From positions 32,001-96,000 of the IMG/VR virus record IMGVR_UViG_3300034284_000578: 64,000 nt of DNA; one strand, 5' to 3'. The first letter of the stretch is position 1. Each line of letters starts with the position of its first letter. A model generated the notes under the pieces. It was not told the DNA's origin, did no database searches, and saw only the letters and a list, made by a program, of their open reading frames with translations. A program made the position numbers and the translations under genes. This document shows, in pieces, positions 8,990 to 22,800 of this stretch. The stretch comes from a virus.

Positions 8990-9628
8990 ATGTTTTCAAT
9001 ATTCAAATCAATCAGTCCTGAAATGTGGTATGCTGCTGGTGTTTCCATCATATCCTTTGCTATGGGAATTAGTTTTGCATTACTAAAGTTATTAAAAAAT
9101 ACAAAAAATAAAAAACATACATTGTTTTCCAACAATGGCACAGATTTTACAAAGTTACACACACAAGTAAATGAAGTTTTAACCGAGGTGAGAATACAAT
9201 TAGACTGTGCAAGAGCATATATTGCACAATTTCATAATGGTGGTGATTTCTTTAGCGGGGAAAGCATATTAAAGTTTTCCATAACACATGAATCTTGCTC
9301 TTTGGGTGTAGAACAAACCATAGATCAACAACAAGGAGTATTGTTGACTAGATTTATAGAAAAACTTAAAATATTACAAGAAGATGAAGCCAGAATAATT
9401 TTTACAAATACATTAACAGATAGTCATTTTAAAGGATTTATGGAAGCACGAAATACAATTGCATTTGTATTAGTTCCTTTAAAGAAAGATACCAGTCTAT
9501 CTCCATATGGTTATATTTGTGCTGAATGGTGTTCTTGGAATCATGCAGAACAAATAAATGCTGATTTTGTTCTAAATTTTCTTAAAAAAGACATACGAAT
9601 CTTAAATACTTTACTGATTAAACACTAA
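8990..9628 (+). CDS. Single-TM protein with GAF-like domain; candidate holin (T4 gpT-like architecture)
   Basis: N-terminal hydrophobic helix (WYAAGVSIISFAMGISFALL), then L.EVRIQLDCARAYIAQFHNG...KFSITHE...AFVLVPL...GYICAEW, a GAF-like pattern; late promoter upstream. Confidence 0.5.
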   Translation: MFSIFKSISPEMWYAAGVSIISFAMGISFALLKLLKNTKNKKHTLFSNNGTDFTKLHTQVNEVLTEVRIQLDCARAYIAQFHNGGDFFSGESILKFSITHESCSLGVEQTIDQQQGVLLTRFIEKLKILQEDEARIIFTNTLTDSHFKGFMEARNTIAFVLVPLKKDTSLSPYGYICAEWCSWNHAEQINADFVLNFLKKDIRILNTLLIKH

Positions 9629-10023
9629 TGGCAAAAATCAAAATAACAGATTTAAGTAACGATTTTACCAGCAACCCAATAACTGGTGATATATCCGTTA
9701 AAAAGGATCTGGATGCAGTAAAGCAAAGTTTGCGTAATTTGATGTTTTTGAAAAAGTTTGATAAACCATTTGATCCACTAATAGATGTGGGATTAAATGA
9801 GGTATTGTTTGAAAATTTCCCAGATGCAATTTTATCTGATATTATTACAAAAAAAGTAGAATATATAATTTCGAAATATGAAACACGAGCATTATTGCAA
9901 AAGGTAGAAGTACAAAACTTTGACGACAAAAATTTGCTGCAAATAGACATAACTTTTACTTTAAGAAATGAAGATCAAAGCACTCCACAGAGTCTACAAA
10001 TAAATCTTGAGAGGATCAGATGA
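9628..10023 (+). CDS. gp25: Baseplate wedge subunit
   Basis: DLSNDFTSNPITGDI..KKD.DAVKQSLRNL, KPFDP, LFEN, YETRA, LERIR. Confidence 0.95.
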   Translation: MAKIKITDLSNDFTSNPITGDISVKKDLDAVKQSLRNLMFLKKFDKPFDPLIDVGLNEVLFENFPDAILSDIITKKVEYIISKYETRALLQKVEVQNFDDKNLLQIDITFTLRNEDQSTPQSLQINLERIR

Positions 10024-11906
10024 ACCCAGATTTTTCAAAATTAGATTATAATGATATTAAACAAAATTTAATATCATTCTTAAAAACACAAGACAAGTTT
10101 AATGGCTATAATTTTGAGGGTTCTACTCTAAACATTCTTTTAGATATTTTAGCATACAACACACATTATCAATCATTATACAACAATATAACATTTAATG
10201 AAGCCTTTTTGGATACAGCGCAAAAAAGATCATCAGTTGTTTCTATTGCAAAAAATTTAGGATATACTCCAACTTCAACAACTTCAGCAACATGCTCAGT
10301 AGAAGTTAGTCGCCCCGCAAGTAATGGAATGTTGGATAGTTATGTTTTGGAAAAATATACTGCGTTTAAAGTAAATAAAGACACTTCTGTTTACTATTTT
10401 TATAATTTAAATGACGCTCTATTCACCGAAGCCGAAAAGGCTGAGGATGGCACAGTAACAACATTTTCAACAGGTGCAATTAATTTAAAAGAAGGAATAT
10501 TGCGTACAGTCAATTATGTAATTGATGGTTCCAATCCTTTCAAAAAAATAACACTAAGAAGCACAAAAGTAGACGTAAGCACAATAACTGTAACAGTACA
10601 AAGAAGTGTAACGGATGCTTCGGGTTCTTCTGATGTCTGGAGTGAAGCATCAAATATTACAGAAATAGATGGTAACTCTAATGTTTATTTCCTAGAAGAA
10701 GGACCTGATGAGTATTATAGAATATACTTTGGAGATGGAGTAATAGGAAAAAGATTAACAGAAGGTAACTTAGTTACAATTACATTCTTAGAAAGTTCTG
10801 GTTCTGAAGCAAATGGTATTGGTATTAATGATGACGTTCTTTCTAGAGTGTTCACATCTCCTGCTTTAAGTGATGCCACTATAGCCGTAGTAACACCCTC
10901 ATTTGGTGGTTCTGAAAGAGAAACAATACAATCTATTAAATATAAAGCACCAAAGGCATTTACAGCACAAGAAAGAGCAGTAACTGCAAACGATTATTCT
11001 GTTTTACTACAAAAAGATTTTGGTTTCATTAAATCAATAAAGTGTTGGGGTGGAGAAGAAAATGATCCACCATTTTATGGTAAAGTTTTTATTGCTATAA
11101 AACCAGAAAACCGGGCCGCTTTAACCCAAACCGAAAAAAATACAATTCTAAAGGGATTATCTAGAGACAGATCTGTTGTTGGTATAATTCCTGAGATTGT
11201 GGACCCAAACATCATTTACTTAATAATTAATTGCGATGCGAAAATTGACATAATTAAAAATAAAGGTTCTATAGAGCAACTTAAAACTAAAATTAAAACA
11301 GCAATAAACAATTACATCATAGACAATTTAGATGTTTTTGATGCCGATTTAATTTCAAATGAATTGGAAAGAACTATTTTGGATATCGATAGTTCCATTT
11401 TAAGTGCAACAATAACACCGCAATTAGAATATCGTTTAGCTCCAGTTTATAACATAAAACAAAATTACACAATAAAATTACAAAACAGATTGGTAAGAAG
11501 TGATTCTATAGAAAAACCAAATATTCAATCTTCGTTGTTTAATTGTCTTGATTATAAAAATGTAATTCGTTCGTGTAGAATATACGATGATGGTATTGGT
11601 AATTTGTACATTTCATTTGTGCAAGAAGGAAAAGAGTACTCTTTAGGTGCTTTGCAAAATATTGATTTAAGTTTGTCTGGTAATTTACCAGAAGCAATTG
11701 GAACTGTAGATTACACAACAGGCAAATTGCAATTAAATAATTTTAAACCACTTAGTTCTACAAATTCAATAATAAAATTCTTTGCAAATGTTTATGATTC
11801 TGATGTATTTGTAAACCCAGATACTATATTAAGTATTGATCAAGCAGATGTAAATTCAGTTGTAATAAATCTAGTAGAAAGCGCATTTAGAAAACCAATT
11901 AAATGA
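10020..11906 (+). CDS. gp6: Baseplate wedge subunit
   Basis: LDYNDIKQNL..FL, YNFEGS.LNILLDILAYNTHY, NEAFLDTAQKRSSVVSIAKNLGYTP, FGDGVIGK, QERAVTANDY, WGGEENDPPFYGKVFIAIKP. Confidence 0.96.
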   Translation: MNPDFSKLDYNDIKQNLISFLKTQDKFNGYNFEGSTLNILLDILAYNTHYQSLYNNITFNEAFLDTAQKRSSVVSIAKNLGYTPTSTTSATCSVEVSRPASNGMLDSYVLEKYTAFKVNKDTSVYYFYNLNDALFTEAEKAEDGTVTTFSTGAINLKEGILRTVNYVIDGSNPFKKITLRSTKVDVSTITVTVQRSVTDASGSSDVWSEASNITEIDGNSNVYFLEEGPDEYYRIYFGDGVIGKRLTEGNLVTITFLESSGSEANGIGINDDVLSRVFTSPALSDATIAVVTPSFGGSERETIQSIKYKAPKAFTAQERAVTANDYSVLLQKDFGFIKSIKCWGGEENDPPFYGKVFIAIKPENRAALTQTEKNTILKGLSRDRSVVGIIPEIVDPNIIYLIINCDAKIDIIKNKGSIEQLKTKIKTAINNYIIDNLDVFDADLISNELERTILDIDSSILSATITPQLEYRLAPVYNIKQNYTIKLQNRLVRSDSIEKPNIQSSLFNCLDYKNVIRSCRIYDDGIGNLYISFVQEGKEYSLGALQNIDLSLSGNLPEAIGTVDYTTGKLQLNNFKPLSSTNSIIKFFANVYDSDVFVNPDTILSIDQADVNSVVINLVESAFRKPIK

Positions 11907-13834
11907 TAGAATTACTACTAAAAACACCAATAAATAACGACATCGTTTTTTCTGATGTCATTACTATAAACTATGAAGTAAGAGACACCAGTGGTGTATT
12001 TTCTAAAGTTGTTTTTGAAGTCAACAATCAAGTAATTGAAAAGACTGCACGTATAGATGTATTTCAAATTCAATTACCTGAAGGTGAATACATTCTAACT
12101 TGCTATGTTAAAAACAAATACAATAAAGAGATATTAGAGACAAGAAAAACAATATCTGTATCTACAAAACCAATAACTTTAGAACTAAAAAATAAACTAT
12201 CTTCTGTTGTAAGTTCAAGCATACCAGATTTTTTGGAACAAGATTATCAAACTTTTGTTGATTTTATCAAGTATTATTACATTTGGTTGGAATCTACAAA
12301 AAATGTAAATTTAATCCCACACACATTAGAACAATATTTTGATGTTGACACAATACCTCCGGAATTAGTTGATCGTTTTCAAGAAACATATTTAAGCACA
12401 TTTCCAAAACAATTTTCAATAGATAGAGAAACCGGAAATGCTCCGGATGTTACAAAAGTATTAAAAAGAATAAAAGACTTTTATTCCAAAAAAGGAACTG
12501 AAGATTCTTTTAGATTTTTGTTTAGAGTGATGTTTGATACGGAAATAACTTTTACGTATCCTAGAGAAAAATTATTAAAAGCATCTGAAGCACAATGGGT
12601 AGTTCCAAAATTTATAAGAGCAAAAAATTTAAATGAAGAAGATGCTGCTTTACTAATTGGCACCGAACTTTATGTTTTAGATGAAAATGGTTCAAAGACA
12701 TTTTCTGCTATAATAGAAGATACGTATACATTTTACTATGCAAGTAATCCAATAACCACTTTAAATTTAATAAATGTAACTGGAAATTTAAATAGTTCTA
12801 AAGTTTACTATAGCAAAAATGTATTTGGAGTAATAGAGGAATATAGTATTGATTTGTATTCTATGATAATAGATTACTATCTTTATAAATGCCCGGATTC
12901 TTTTGGTTATCCAATATATGATTTTGAAGTTGGAATGATCGTTAATTTGGTTAATTTGGGGACTGCTATTTGGCTATTGTGTAATGGTGGTGAAACCGTG
13001 GAAGCAATAACAGAAGATGGATGCACTCCACTTTATGGAGGAATTATAGATCCAGAAAGAATAGATTTACCTAATCAAAATTTAAAGCACGAAGATTTTG
13101 GAGCAGGATTTGAAGCCCAAATTAGTAAAGTGAACGAAAAGGGCGAAATAGAAGAAATACAAATATTAGATCCTGGATTTAATTGGGGATTAAATGTAAA
13201 TGGATATGGCACGCAATTTACAGGTAAGCCTAATCCCAAAATTGAAAGTACTGACAGACTTTATGATTGCAGAATACGTTATGTTACTGGTTATTTGTTT
13301 ACTGGAACTGGGTTTTATAGAAGTAAAAAATCACTGTTAAGCCAAATGGGCATTCTTCAAGATAATTTTTATTATCAACAAAACTCATATGAAATTGGTT
13401 CTAACGTTAATTCTTACAAATTTTCTGACATTTTAAAACAAAATGTACATCCTGCGGGGTATAAGGCATTTTATCGATATGATGTTTTAGACAATATTAT
13501 TGAAAAACGCGAATTGACTACTTCTGAGCCGGGATCATTTGAATTGCGTTTTGGTTTTGATGAAGATGGAAATACACTTGGTTCTGATGTTTATGAAAAT
13601 ATCATACAGACTGAATTTCAAACCTTTTCCAATTTTGCAAATTTTAAAATTGGTTTAGAACCACCTGAAGTTACTGATCTAAATATACTGGAAGAAGAAA
13701 TTATATACACCACAGATTTAGAAATTTCAACAAATGATATTCCAGAAGATTCTGACGGTATAGAAGATTCTCCGTTAGTAATTCCAAATGAATTAACTTC
13801 ACCTCCCAGATCTACAACAAGTCCTATAGAATAA
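11903..13834 (+). CDS. gp7: Baseplate wedge initiator gp7-like
   Basis: IPDFL..DY..FVDFIKYYY.WLE, KRIKDFYSKKGTEDSFRFLFRVMFD, LQDNFYYQQNSY, VHPAG; extra Ig-like N-terminus and acidic tail. Confidence 0.8.
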   Translation: MIELLLKTPINNDIVFSDVITINYEVRDTSGVFSKVVFEVNNQVIEKTARIDVFQIQLPEGEYILTCYVKNKYNKEILETRKTISVSTKPITLELKNKLSSVVSSSIPDFLEQDYQTFVDFIKYYYIWLESTKNVNLIPHTLEQYFDVDTIPPELVDRFQETYLSTFPKQFSIDRETGNAPDVTKVLKRIKDFYSKKGTEDSFRFLFRVMFDTEITFTYPREKLLKASEAQWVVPKFIRAKNLNEEDAALLIGTELYVLDENGSKTFSAIIEDTYTFYYASNPITTLNLINVTGNLNSSKVYYSKNVFGVIEEYSIDLYSMIIDYYLYKCPDSFGYPIYDFEVGMIVNLVNLGTAIWLLCNGGETVEAITEDGCTPLYGGIIDPERIDLPNQNLKHEDFGAGFEAQISKVNEKGEIEEIQILDPGFNWGLNVNGYGTQFTGKPNPKIESTDRLYDCRIRYVTGYLFTGTGFYRSKKSLLSQMGILQDNFYYQQNSYEIGSNVNSYKFSDILKQNVHPAGYKAFYRYDVLDNIIEKRELTTSEPGSFELRFGFDEDGNTLGSDVYENIIQTEFQTFSNFANFKIGLEPPEVTDLNILEEEIIYTTDLEISTNDIPEDSDGIEDSPLVIPNELTSPPRSTTSPIE

Positions 13835-13838
13835 AATT

Positions 13839-16800
13839 ATGCCAAATATTACTACATCAATAACTATTCAGCCCACAATAAGCAGTTTGGATTCTTTAAT
13901 AAATAGTCCGAATAATGCATATAATCAAGCATTGGGATCTTTGCCGGATGTTCCGCCACCCCCACCACCATCAACAGATGTGGTTATTGAAACCGATACA
14001 ACAACAGATTTCGTATTCACTACAGACACAACAACAGATTTCGTATTCACTACAGACACAACAACAGATTTCGTATTCACTACAGACACAACAACAGATT
14101 TCGTATTCACTACAGACACAACAACAGATGTTGTTGTTCCTCCATTGGATACTGATGTATCCGCATTAGACTACACTGTTTGGGCAGCAGCATGGCAACG
14201 TGATGTAAATGTAAATGCACATTCTGTTGTTCCTATGATTTGGGTTGATCCTATGGGTGGATGGGGAGGACCAGGAACTACAGATGTATTTACAGATGAT
14301 GTGGTAAGTTCAACAAAATATAATCAATTTAAAACAACACTATTAAATGTACCAGAGGGAAGAAGAGTAATACAACCAACATTTTGGGCAGCAGTTCCAC
14401 CAAATTTAAATTGGTCACCTCTTACTTTTATTGATTATTATACTGCTTTGGATGGAACTACTTTTGATGGAAGAAATATTTCTTGGACACCATGGCAAGA
14501 AAATATTATTGATGATGCAAAAACAAGTTTTAATCAATTTTTGGGTAGATGTAAAGCGGATGGTTTAACTTTTAATTATATAACTGATAACACTTATTAT
14601 GGTGATGGTGGTGCCCCAAGTATATGGAATTTATCAAAACCACCTGTAAGTGATAGAGATGCATACAAGATATACGTTTCAACCACCGGAAATGATAATT
14701 GGACTGGTCTATTCCCATATACTACAGGAACAAATGGACCAGTAAAAACAATTAAAAAGGCATCTGAACTTGCTAGAAATTATACAGGCAATAAAAACGT
14801 TGAAATTCAAATTCGTCAAGGTACATATCGTATGCTTGGCACAGATGCAAATCCTATCTTTTACTTAAATGAATCGAATAGTGGTAAAGAAGGAAAGTAT
14901 ATAACTTATAGACCATATAAGAATGAAACAGTCGTTATAAGTGGTGCTGAGGAAATAAGCCACAGTGCATTTACTTTAGTCAACTCTTCAGATTCTAAGT
15001 GGAGCAGAATATCGGCAGAAGCAAGAGGAAATGTTTATGTTGCTGATATTTCTGGTTATGATATTGGGCCCGGAATTCCTTCCATGTGGAATGGTGGAAA
15101 TATGGGTGGTGATGTTGGTAATGTCCAAGATATGCCTGCTTTGCCTGAATTGATTTTCAATGGCAAAACAATGACTGTTGCTAGATGGCCAAATAAAACA
15201 TCACTCAATAGTAATGGATATACTTTTGGTGAATCTGCTGTAATTTCTTCTGTTGTCAGTAGTGGAACAAGCGGGGTGTGGTGTGTAGATCCAACTTATC
15301 TTGGAAGTAATGTCGATTTGTTAACAGATGGTCCGGCGGACGATGCAAGTTGTTATTGTGGTAGTGGTGCCCCACGTAATGAAAATTGCTTTCAAAATGC
15401 AACATTTACATATTCTTCAGATTATGATTCTGTTATTTCAACGTGGAGTAGTGCTGCAATAAATGATGGGATTTGGTTACACGGATTCTGGAGATGGGAT
15501 TGGGCCGATGAAGCATATAAAGTCGTATCCATTAATACTGGTTCTAGAACTATTACTGTAGCATCAAAGAAGTCACAATATGCTGTACAAAATTATTCAC
15601 TTTGCAATCCAACAACTGGAGCATTAGATTCAACAGGAACATATTTATCCAATCCAACACCAAGACGTTGGTTTGCTCTTAATATTTTAGAAGAATTGGA
15701 TACACCCGGTGAATATTACATCGATAGAGCCAACAAAAAGTTATATTTTTGGCCAACAGAAGCAATATCTGCTTCTTCAGAAATACGCATAACACACCGT
15801 GCAGTTGCTGGGCCCGGAGCAAAAGACGACGACGAGAATAGTTTTGAAGTTGGTTATCACCCAAACGGTTTCCCAGACAGAACATGTTCAAAGTGTTTCC
15901 CATATAAAGGTTGGGAGGACACCAATTATGGTTGGTATCAACCCGGCGGCGCTTTGCAATCAAGACATGTTTACAACAGCAAAAACACTTTAAAATCTCT
16001 ATTTAAATTATACAAAACAAAAAATATTATAATTGAGGGATTAACTTTCCGTGATAGTGCTGGTAGTGGAATTGAATTAAATCTATGCGAAAATGTAATT
16101 GTTCGCAAGTGCAAGATTTTTAACGTTAAAAAGGATGGAATAAATGCTATGGGTGGTAAAAATGTTACCATCGATAGTTGCACATTATATGATATTGGTA
16201 GAACTGCAATAATTAATACTGGCGGAAATAGACAAACTTTAGAACCAGCAAATAAATTGGTAACTAAATGTTCCATTAAACGATGGAATAGAAATAAGTA
16301 CAATTATGCTTCTGCTATAATTTTAAATGGCTGTGGCAACACTGCTTCTTATAATTTAATGTCTGATGGTAGTGCAGGTATACTGATTTATGGTGCAAAT
16401 CTAACTGTAGAATATAACCATTTACATAATTTGATTGGAGAAACGGATGATGCTGGAGGAATATATGCAGGCAGAAATACATCATTCATCAACAATGTAA
16501 TCAGATACAATTTCTTTAACAACGTAAAAACTAATCTTCCGGGTGGTTATTATTACAGCAATTCAACAGTTCCGAGTGGTTGTGTTACTGCTGAAAATAA
16601 AAATACAGCAGGAACACACGGTGTTTATTTTGACGATTTAATGTCAAATTGTTCCGTTATTGGAAACGTTTTTTATCAAATTGGTGGTGGTGAAGGATGT
16701 GCCGTATATTTTAATGGTGGTGTGAAAAACACTGTAAACAATAATCTTTTTATTGATTGTAATCGCGCATATGGTGCTGCGGTATCTACAAAAGGTTATT

Positions 16801-19800
16801 GGAATAATCATTTGAATGCTTCAAGAATAGCGATTGTTAATAATTTAAATTATCCTTGGTATGAAACTGGTGGACCGCTCGATTCAAATGGTAAAGAAAC
16901 AAACGTTAGTGGATATAGTCCATACACTTGGTATGGTTCTGGTAATGGAAATACTTCTTGGGCTAATAACTCTTTAGCGGGAATAATGCCTGTTGTTGAT
17001 ATAACTGCCCCAATATATCAACAAACATGCCCACAATTATCTCAAATGATTTCTGTAAATGCTTCAAAGGTTGCAACAATCGTTGAGGATGCTGCACAGT
17101 TTAAAAATAACACAAATAACAACGTAATAATTAATACTCCTTCGAATTCCGATAGGCTTGGAATTAACACCATTAGTGGTGAAACATGGTCGCAAGCAAT
17201 ATATGGAGGGTTTAATGTTGGTTCTGAATTAATAGAAGATACTAACACCGTTATTACTTTTGCTGAAAGAGCAAGTTTAAATTTCAAATTATCTGCTTCG
17301 GATTTGGCAACAATCAGAGCATCGTTGCCAACATTTGAAGATATTCCTTTTGAAAAAATACCAACATTATCTTATGTACCAGAATCTTATACTCAGCAAA
17401 CATATTCAAACTGTGCTGTAGATAATAGACATTACACTTGCGAAAGAGATTTTTCAGATCCAGATGCTTTGGAGGCCATAGTAACTGATAGTAGATTTAC
17501 AAGTACGGTAAATCCAGTAAATGGTAAAACGCTGTCGCAAGATTTTATGGATCGTTATAATGCTATTATTACTGAAACAAATGGCATGGATCGTTCCCTA
17601 TACACAAATCGAAGTTCCAGTTGGTATGTTTCACCAATAGCAACAGCATATAATGTACTATCTCCTAATTTTGGTTACATTGTAGATGTTGGTGAACCAT
17701 TTAGAATGCAACAGTTTCCGTGGTCCAATTCAAGTACAGATGCTGCAACTAGAGCATGGACTGGTGTGACTTTTGATTGGGGAATTTATTATAGAACCAC
17801 TTTCTTTAAGCAACCTCTTGCGAATAACGGTTATTCGAACGTCAAATATTCTATTGATTATTCTTATGCATTAAATGCCGAAGAAGCACAATATGTTCAA
17901 GATCAATATGGTGGTTGGCAAGGAGACATAAGAGAAGATTACCCAGACGCTTTGTATACTCCACCATTATATGGTGAATTGGAAACTGGAATGTTTAATC
18001 GTTACACTTATGCAATAAATCCAGAAAATGATGATCAAAAATATTTGATGGGATTTGTGTGGGAAAATCAAGATTTACCACAAGGTTATTTGAGATTTAC
18101 AAGTCCAATTTGGGTTGCATTCTTAAGAGATATGAAACTATTAAGAGGCATAATTAGATCAAATCCAAACGCTTGGCAAAAATTGACACCTTGGATACCA
18201 AGTCCAGATGGTGGTGATATATCTGGTTCTAGAATGAGATATTCTAGAAGTCAAGGAGAAACGGCATTACAATTCTGGAAAGAAATGATTTTCCATGCTT
18301 GCTTACATGGAACACAACATTTTAATTATTGGAATTCTGGAGCCACATCTACAGTTGGTACAACAAATACATTAGAGTTGCACAATATTTTAGAAGAATG
18401 GCGTCAACGAAGCGGAAATAGTAGAGCGCAACCAGTAACAAATAGTAGAATTGCTGTTAATTCTTCTGTTATTATTAGTGGCGGTAGATTGCTTAGTAGT
18501 AACAAGTATCTTTGGAGAGTAACGGCTAAACCATCATCTTCAGTAACACTTAGAGCATACGGCAATTCTCTTGACAGAACCGACATTCCACAAACAATAA
18601 CTTTAAATAATAACTCAAGAGGTGCTTGGCTTTTGACTGATAGTTCAGTTCCTCCAACTTATGTTCTTGATGAGGGTGGACAACAAGAAGATGTTGAATT
18701 GAAGTATATCACTTTGATGCGAGCAGATTATCATACTCAAATACACAGAGGTCGCGCCATATTTGGAGGCGCTTCTCACGACTATGGTAGTGGAATTGGA
18801 TTTGATCAAAATGGTAAATCTCTCTCGGCTCTTCAATACATTTATAACACAGGTATTACATGGTCAGCTCACTCAGTTGGTAATTTGAATTGGTATTATG
18901 CTGCAAATTATAGATTAGATTCTAATGGAAATGCCATACCTGTCGTAGTTCGGACATCTCCCACAACAACCGTAACTCACTGCAATAATGCATGTTATAG
19001 TAGTAGTGGTTGCTTCCAAGTACCAGGTATTCCTAGCATAATGTTTGTGAAATATATGTCCGAAACCGGCGAATGGGGAGCACCAATGCGTCCAAATGAT
19101 CCATTCCCAAATGGTGCTGGTGGTAGTTTTGAATTTGTAACGGTAAATGGTGTTGTGTTTACAAAACAACCAACAGATAGAGGAAAACCACTAGATTATA
19201 GTTTTACACATTATGGAAACAGCACCAATTCTTCTGGTATTCCTTATAGTTTCTGGGCAAGAACTCCAGCACAAAATGGAAGAAATGATTTGGCATATGA
19301 TTATACTTGGCAAGGAACAGTACAACTTAGACCTGGTCATGAACATGTCATTGACAGTAATAATTTAACAGTAAAATTACGTCAACCTAGCGATGGTGCT
19401 CATCCTAAAAATGAACCGGGAAATATATGGAAGTATAAAGGTTTCGTTTTTGCACCAATAAGACAAGATGATGGATGTGCTGATCATTTGTTTGTCGATC
19501 AATATAAAATGTTGTTAAACCTGTACAAAGCAGAGGAAGAATACAAATATTTTGTAATGAATTTGCCCACAGTACCTTCTTGCATTGTTCAAAGTGCAAC
19601 TTGGAAATCTTTAGTTGCAGAAGAATTTGTAAATGGTGTGTTTAAACCAAAAGAAATATTTGTAAACTATGAAGATGAATTAGTAGATCAAATTCGTTGT
19701 TTAAACATTACTGGCAGAACAGGTCCTAATAATTATGGTAGAATTAATAACCAACCACTAACCAATGAAATATGGGAAAGAATAGTTTCTTATATTAAAT

Positions 19801-22800
19801 TGACCAGAAAAATGAATTATCATATTAAATCGGTATTTGGACCACAAGTTAAAATATCGCACTATGATATGTTTAATTTACCATACTATCAGGAATGGAA
19901 ACAGGGTTGGTGGCCAGCAAAAGATGGTCTTATATGGTCGACGGATTATTACACGGATATAGATAATGGTTGTCCATTCTGTTCTGAATTGGACATAGAT
20001 TACCCAGGTGATGTTGCGTATGCTGCTTTACCTTTAGAACAAAAACTAGTTTTTATACGCAAAGCAGTCGAAGCATTACAGAGTAAAATATTTAAAATGG
20101 GTGCAGCGATTAGTAAAATGTGTCTATTTGAAAACGTAGAAGGACAACCAGATGTTCTTGACTTGAGACAAGAACTCTCAGAACTATTACCACAAATAGA
20201 TCCTAATTTGTTTATTATTGAAGGATTAAATCACTATCCAAATTCTGCACATGGTGAAATATGTAATAACGTTCACAAATATTATGCTGCAACTCCTAAT
20301 GGATTTAATGAAGCCGCAGATGTAAATTTCAAAAATAATTCAGAAATAAACAAAAGTAGACAACAATCCATACACCACAAAGAACAAGCCAGAGTTGGTA
20401 TGTTTAATAATCAACGATCTGGTAAATTGTATTCTTGGTTTGTTCAGGGAGTTTGTGGTTCTGATGTGGCGGAAGCCATGTATGAATATTACAATTCCAA
20501 TTTGAAAGATAATGCTGGATTTGTAAAATCTTGGACAGATACTAGCTTTGCTGCAACAGAAGTGTCTTCGTTCCCATCTACAGAAACAGATCCAAATCAT
20601 CTTGCTGGAGAAAGAATTTATAAAGTTAAATTTGCACCAAAAAATGCTTTAAGGAGAAGTTTTTTGAAACATATGCCATGGATTAACATGACAAATGATT
20701 TCTTAAATCGTTCTCAAATTGCAACAACAATCAAATATAAAGATGAGGTGATTTGGTCAGATAATAATATTTCCTCTGTTATAACTACAAATTTAAACGG
20801 AATAGCATCAGAACCAAAAGAATATCGCACTGAGGAGTATAACTTAAGACCATGTGCTCAAGGTGAATCACCAGTTTGTGTTTCAAATTGTCAACCAGGC
20901 GAAACACCAACGTTCAGTTGTAGAGATATAGTAGCAAATCCATATATAAAACCAAAACTGATAGAAGATAATTTTAAACTAAGAAACAATAATTTTGATA
21001 CATTTAGTTGTAGTTCAGGAACTGCGGTAGTAGGGACCAATAAATCACCAAATTGTGTATCTTATTGCCATGTTGATCCTGTTGTTCACGGTGCAGGTTC
21101 TACATCATATCCAACAACTAGTCTACTCAAAGCAAGAAGACACATTTATGGATTAGCGGTAGAGTATGCCGGTTATGATGATATGGTAGCAATACCTCTT
21201 GAAGATTTTCCAAATGACATATATTGGGGTGGTTATCTGGGTGCAAATGGGGGCTTTGATCCATTTATCACCACACCTCCTGCAACCGTATCGGCGGCTC
21301 AAGCACTTGATCGACCGGGTTGGCCTCATATTAGAGGAAGTGAAACTGCAAAACGAGCACAAGGATTAGGATTAATTCTTGCTGCAAGAAAAGATTATTC
21401 AATTTACAAATACATTAAAAACCCAACACAAACAAATGTTAGAGATTGGCCACAACCAGCGGCAAACTTTGATGTGGACAGAAGACCAGGTATTGCTGCT
21501 ACTATTACTGTATCTGGTGGACCAGGTGCTGAAGTAGTAATGGGCTATAGTGGTACAAACACAAATAGAGCAGAATTCTTTAAGAAGTGTTTGGATGGAA
21601 GTGGAAATCCAATACCAAATGTTGGTTTCCAAAAACTTATTGATAACTATTTTACATGGAACTATGATAAGGGTGTTCGTAGATTTATGATTTGGACACC
21701 AGGCGGAACTGTATACCACACATATCCAAATGGTGAACGGCCAGCGGTATATACCTCTGCCATCACAAGTTCAATGGAACGTAGAATTTATGAAATTTAT
21801 CAAGTCGCACAAGATGGTGTAACTACAGTAATTAATAAAATTGTAAATCCTGCCGAAGCATGTTGGAGAAATATAACAACTCCAGTTGATGTATTCCCAA
21901 CAGATGGACAAGTTAATACTCTTCTAATACCTGCAACTGTAGCAGAAGCAGAAAGTTATCCTCTTTGCTCTGATACTGATTGGAATGGAACTTCACCTTG
22001 CTTTGATCCTGAAGGTAGAAAAAATGAAGTATTGACTTGTATGGAGCAATGGATTGATTCTCATCCAGACGCAGATGTTGGTGTTTATATGGGTTATACA
22101 ATACCAACCTTAAATGGTGAACCCGAAACTGGAACACCAACAATTATTGGTGATGCTGGTGGTGGTGGTTGGTTGCAAAATGCAGGAGATGCTGTTTGTT
22201 GTGAACCTGAGTGTTCTTTCAGTTTACTTTCAGATGCAAGTAATGGACTTCCTGCTAATAATCAAATCAGAAAACTGTTAGTAAATGGTAATACAATATA
22301 TTCTGTAAATGCTGGTTCGGGTGGATTGTCTATATCCACTGATGGTGGTGCAACATATGTGACCAGAACAACAGCCAATGGTCTTGGAAGTAATACGATT
22401 AGTGATATTTTTGTTGTGGGTAATAATGTATATGCTGCAACTAACGGCGGATTATCTATCTCTACTGATGGTGGTCAAACTTTTATTAACAAAAGTGGTG
22501 GTTCTTCGGGTTTGGGGGGCACCAATTCAGCACATGTTGCTAGGATTAGTGGAGTTTTTGTAAAAAATAATACAATTTATGCCGCAGTTGCGGGAGTTTC
22601 TGGTCCAACAGGAGGACAAACCGGGCTAGGTATTTCAACGGATGGTGGTGCTACTTTTACAATGCGAAATAGGACTAACAGCGGTTTAGGTGGTGGTAGC
22701 AGCGGTTCAGCTTGTAATACAGTATTTGTTGACACCGATAACAAAATTTATGTTGGAACACAGACCGGAGGATTGGGGATTTCAACCAATGGTGGCACCA

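Noticed and set aside
13998-14129. 30-bp repeats as a CRISPR array
   Set aside because: Units are directly adjacent with no unique spacers, in frame inside a CDS, and there are no cas genes
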